Shown here: one piece after another, positions 63,821 to 64,000 of the stretch | Layout: every line of letters begins with the position of its first letter | Position numbering within the stretch: the first letter of the stretch is position 1 | Assembly (NCBI GenBank): GCA_013239625.1 | Contig: MU054323.1 | Location: forward strand, 1,674,001-1,738,000 | DNA: 64,000 nucleotides | Reading direction: 5' to 3' | Origin: Lama guanicoe | Lineage: Eukaryota | The notes under the pieces: generated by a model | Told to the model about the DNA's origin: nothing | Databases searched by the model: none | Seen by the model: only the letters and a program-made list of their open reading frames with translations | Made by a program: the position numbers and the translations under genes

Positions 63821-64000
63821 AGTGAAGTGGTGGCGGCAGATGTAAGGGATTTCAAAACCATCGAGAGAGGCAGGCAAGCCCCTTTTCCTCTCGGGTCCTG
63901 TTTCCACCCCTGTAAGATGAGAAGACAGACCAAGTGAGCTCTGAGATGCTTTCAGTAGTAAGATTCTGTAATAATAGATACCATTTGGAACACCAAATGT

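Noticed and set aside
1..64000. CRISPR arrays, operons, tRNA/rRNA genes, intact retroviral or transposase ORFs
   Set aside because: None seen. The sequence is mammalian, tandem repeats are simple microsatellites without spacers, and the only clear tRNA-like sequence is a dead SINE head.

Overview
Mammalian genomic DNA, most likely from a camelid (a Vic-1-type tRNA-derived SINE and cetartiodactyl-type L1 3' ends are present). The window holds the 3' part of KCNS3 (Kv9.3, an electrically silent modifier subunit of Kv2 channels) on the + strand. It includes a 193-nt non-coding exon (18171-18363), a ~9.9-kb intron, and a terminal exon from 28271 carrying the whole 491-aa CDS (28330-29805) and a ~0.47-kb 3' UTR with AATAAA at 30256. 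The promoter and first exon appear to lie upstream of the window. The rest is intronic or intergenic DNA with ordinary mammalian repeats (L1, L2, MIR, MLT1, MER20, Charlie-type hAT elements, microsatellites). Nearly all short ORFs in the track look like noise. I found no convincing new multi-gene system. The best leads are post-transcriptional. First, the spliced 5' UTR holds a uORF whose stop overlaps (ATGA) the start of a 44-codon out-of-frame ORF; that ORF has four in-frame ATGs and runs across the KCNS3 start codon. Second, a duplicated TGCATGTA element (overlapping RBFOX and CFIm motifs) lies just upstream of the poly(A) signal. Repeat family names and boundaries are by eye and approximate.
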